A DNA stretch of 45,085 nt from Candidatus Altiarchaeota archaeon (GTDB taxonomy: Archaea > SpSt-1190 > DYHY01). The stretch is taken from positions 1 to 45,085 of the forward strand of contig JAUXGB010000001.1 in NCBI GenBank assembly GCA_030622515.1. Direction: 5' to 3'. Below the pieces are notes generated by a model. The model worked only from the letters and a program-made list of their open reading frames with translations. It searched no databases and was not told the origin of the DNA. A program made the translations under genes and the position numbers. Below, one piece after another: positions 44,300-45,085 of this stretch. How positions within the stretch are numbered: position 1 is the stretch's first letter; each line of letters starts with the position of its first letter.

Positions 44300-45085
44300 A
44301 TGGACCCAACCTTCCTCGTCATCCCGTTTGTCACCCTTGTCTTCTTCACAATCATCCTTGCCAAGTCTGGCGACATAACTATTGAGGCTGCAAGCAGGCT
44401 GGCAAAATCATCCGGAATCTCCCACATGGCGCTCGGCTTTGTTGTCCTCTCGGTGCTGACATCCCTGCCTGAGCTTGCCGTTTCAACCTTTGCAGCGATT
44501 TCAGGCAACATAGGAATTGCTATCGGCAATGTCTTTGGCTCAAACATAGCTAACATAGGGCTGGTGATTGGCGTTGCAGCCATGATAATGCCTTCGGAGA
44601 TAAAGAAAGAGCTGGTGAAAGACCTCTCAGAAGTCCTTTTCGCAGCATCCCTCCTGCCTCTGGTCCTTATCTATTTCTCAGACATCTCCCAGCTCTTCGG
44701 AGTCCTTCTCCTTGTCATCTTCGCAGTCTATGTTTATGTCCTGCTCAAGAGGGGGAGGCTGAAGCTTGAGGTCTCGGAGCTTCAGGAGTCGAAGAAAAGG
44801 ATGGGGCTGGACACGGCCTGGCTTGTGGCCGGGATATTCGGGGTGATGTTCAGCTCAACCCTTGTCGTGAACTCCGCAGTATCCCTTGCTGGAATAATGG
44901 GCATAGCCCAGACAGTCATAGGGGCCACCATCATCGCCATTGGCACCTCCCTCCCCGAGCTGACCGTCACCTTGTCGGCAGTCAAGAGGAACCACCTTGC
45001 GATGGCGCTTGGGAACGCGATTGGCTCCTGCATGGCAAACCTGACAATGGTCCTTGGCACAGCCCTCCTTGTGTCCCCCTTCATA
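44300..45085 (+). CDS. Sodium:calcium (CaCA/YrbG-like) antiporter, truncated by the window end (not in ORF track)
   Basis: Translated by hand: alpha repeats LTSLPEL...GNVFGSNIAN and GTSLPEL...GNAIGSCMAN. Confidence 0.93.
   Translation, partial: MDPTFLVIPFVTLVFFTIILAKSGDITIEAASRLAKSSGISHMALGFVVLSVLTSLPELAVSTFAAISGNIGIAIGNVFGSNIANIGLVIGVAAMIMPSEIKKELVKDLSEVLFAASLLPLVLIYFSDISQLFGVLLLVIFAVYVYVLLKRGRLKLEVSELQESKKRMGLDTAWLVAGIFGVMFSSTLVVNSAVSLAGIMGIAQTVIGATIIAIGTSLPELTVTLSAVKRNHLAMALGNAIGSCMANLTMVLGTALLVSPFI

Noticed and set aside
44272..45084. Minus-strand ORFs of 103 and 100 aa
   Set aside because: They are antisense shadows of the plus-strand Na/Ca antiporter that runs off the window.
1..45085. 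CRISPR arrays, transposases, integrases, rRNA/tRNA genes, alternative genetic code
   Set aside because: None seen by eye. Conserved genes terminate normally at TAA, TAG and TGA, so there is no sign of stop-codon reassignment.

Overview
A gene-dense archaeal chromosome segment. The small genes, short intergenic gaps and protein families suggest a DPANN-type lineage (inference). The left ~19 kb is mostly housekeeping: DRG-like GTPase, pcm, scpA/scpB, an N-terminal-only RqcH/NFACT, slyD-ftsZ-secE-spt5-rpl11, endA, sec11, tfs, zupT, an RPA-like OB protein and pcn. It is followed by a sugar-modification cassette (GT2, SDR epimerase, cupin::C-methyltransferase fusion), a purL-purQ-purM block and many small membrane or hypothetical genes. 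The best candidate for an undescribed system is a metal-handling cluster at ~34.9-40.0 kb. It contains a stand-alone LarC N-terminal half, TsaA, a divergent ThrC-like PLP enzyme, NikR with a candidate operator, a DMT transporter and two homologous proteins that end in a HypC-like Cys/His domain. Several members carry substitutions in canonical ligand motifs, and no Ni enzyme is present in the window. Other points of interest are a candidate structured RNA at 14321-14407, an MMPL-half::winged-helix membrane fusion, a Pol-beta-like nucleotidyltransferase, a ZIP pseudogene remnant and a 40% Lys+Arg protein. I saw no tRNA, rRNA, CRISPR array or transposase. All family calls come from motif recognition by eye; no database was searched.
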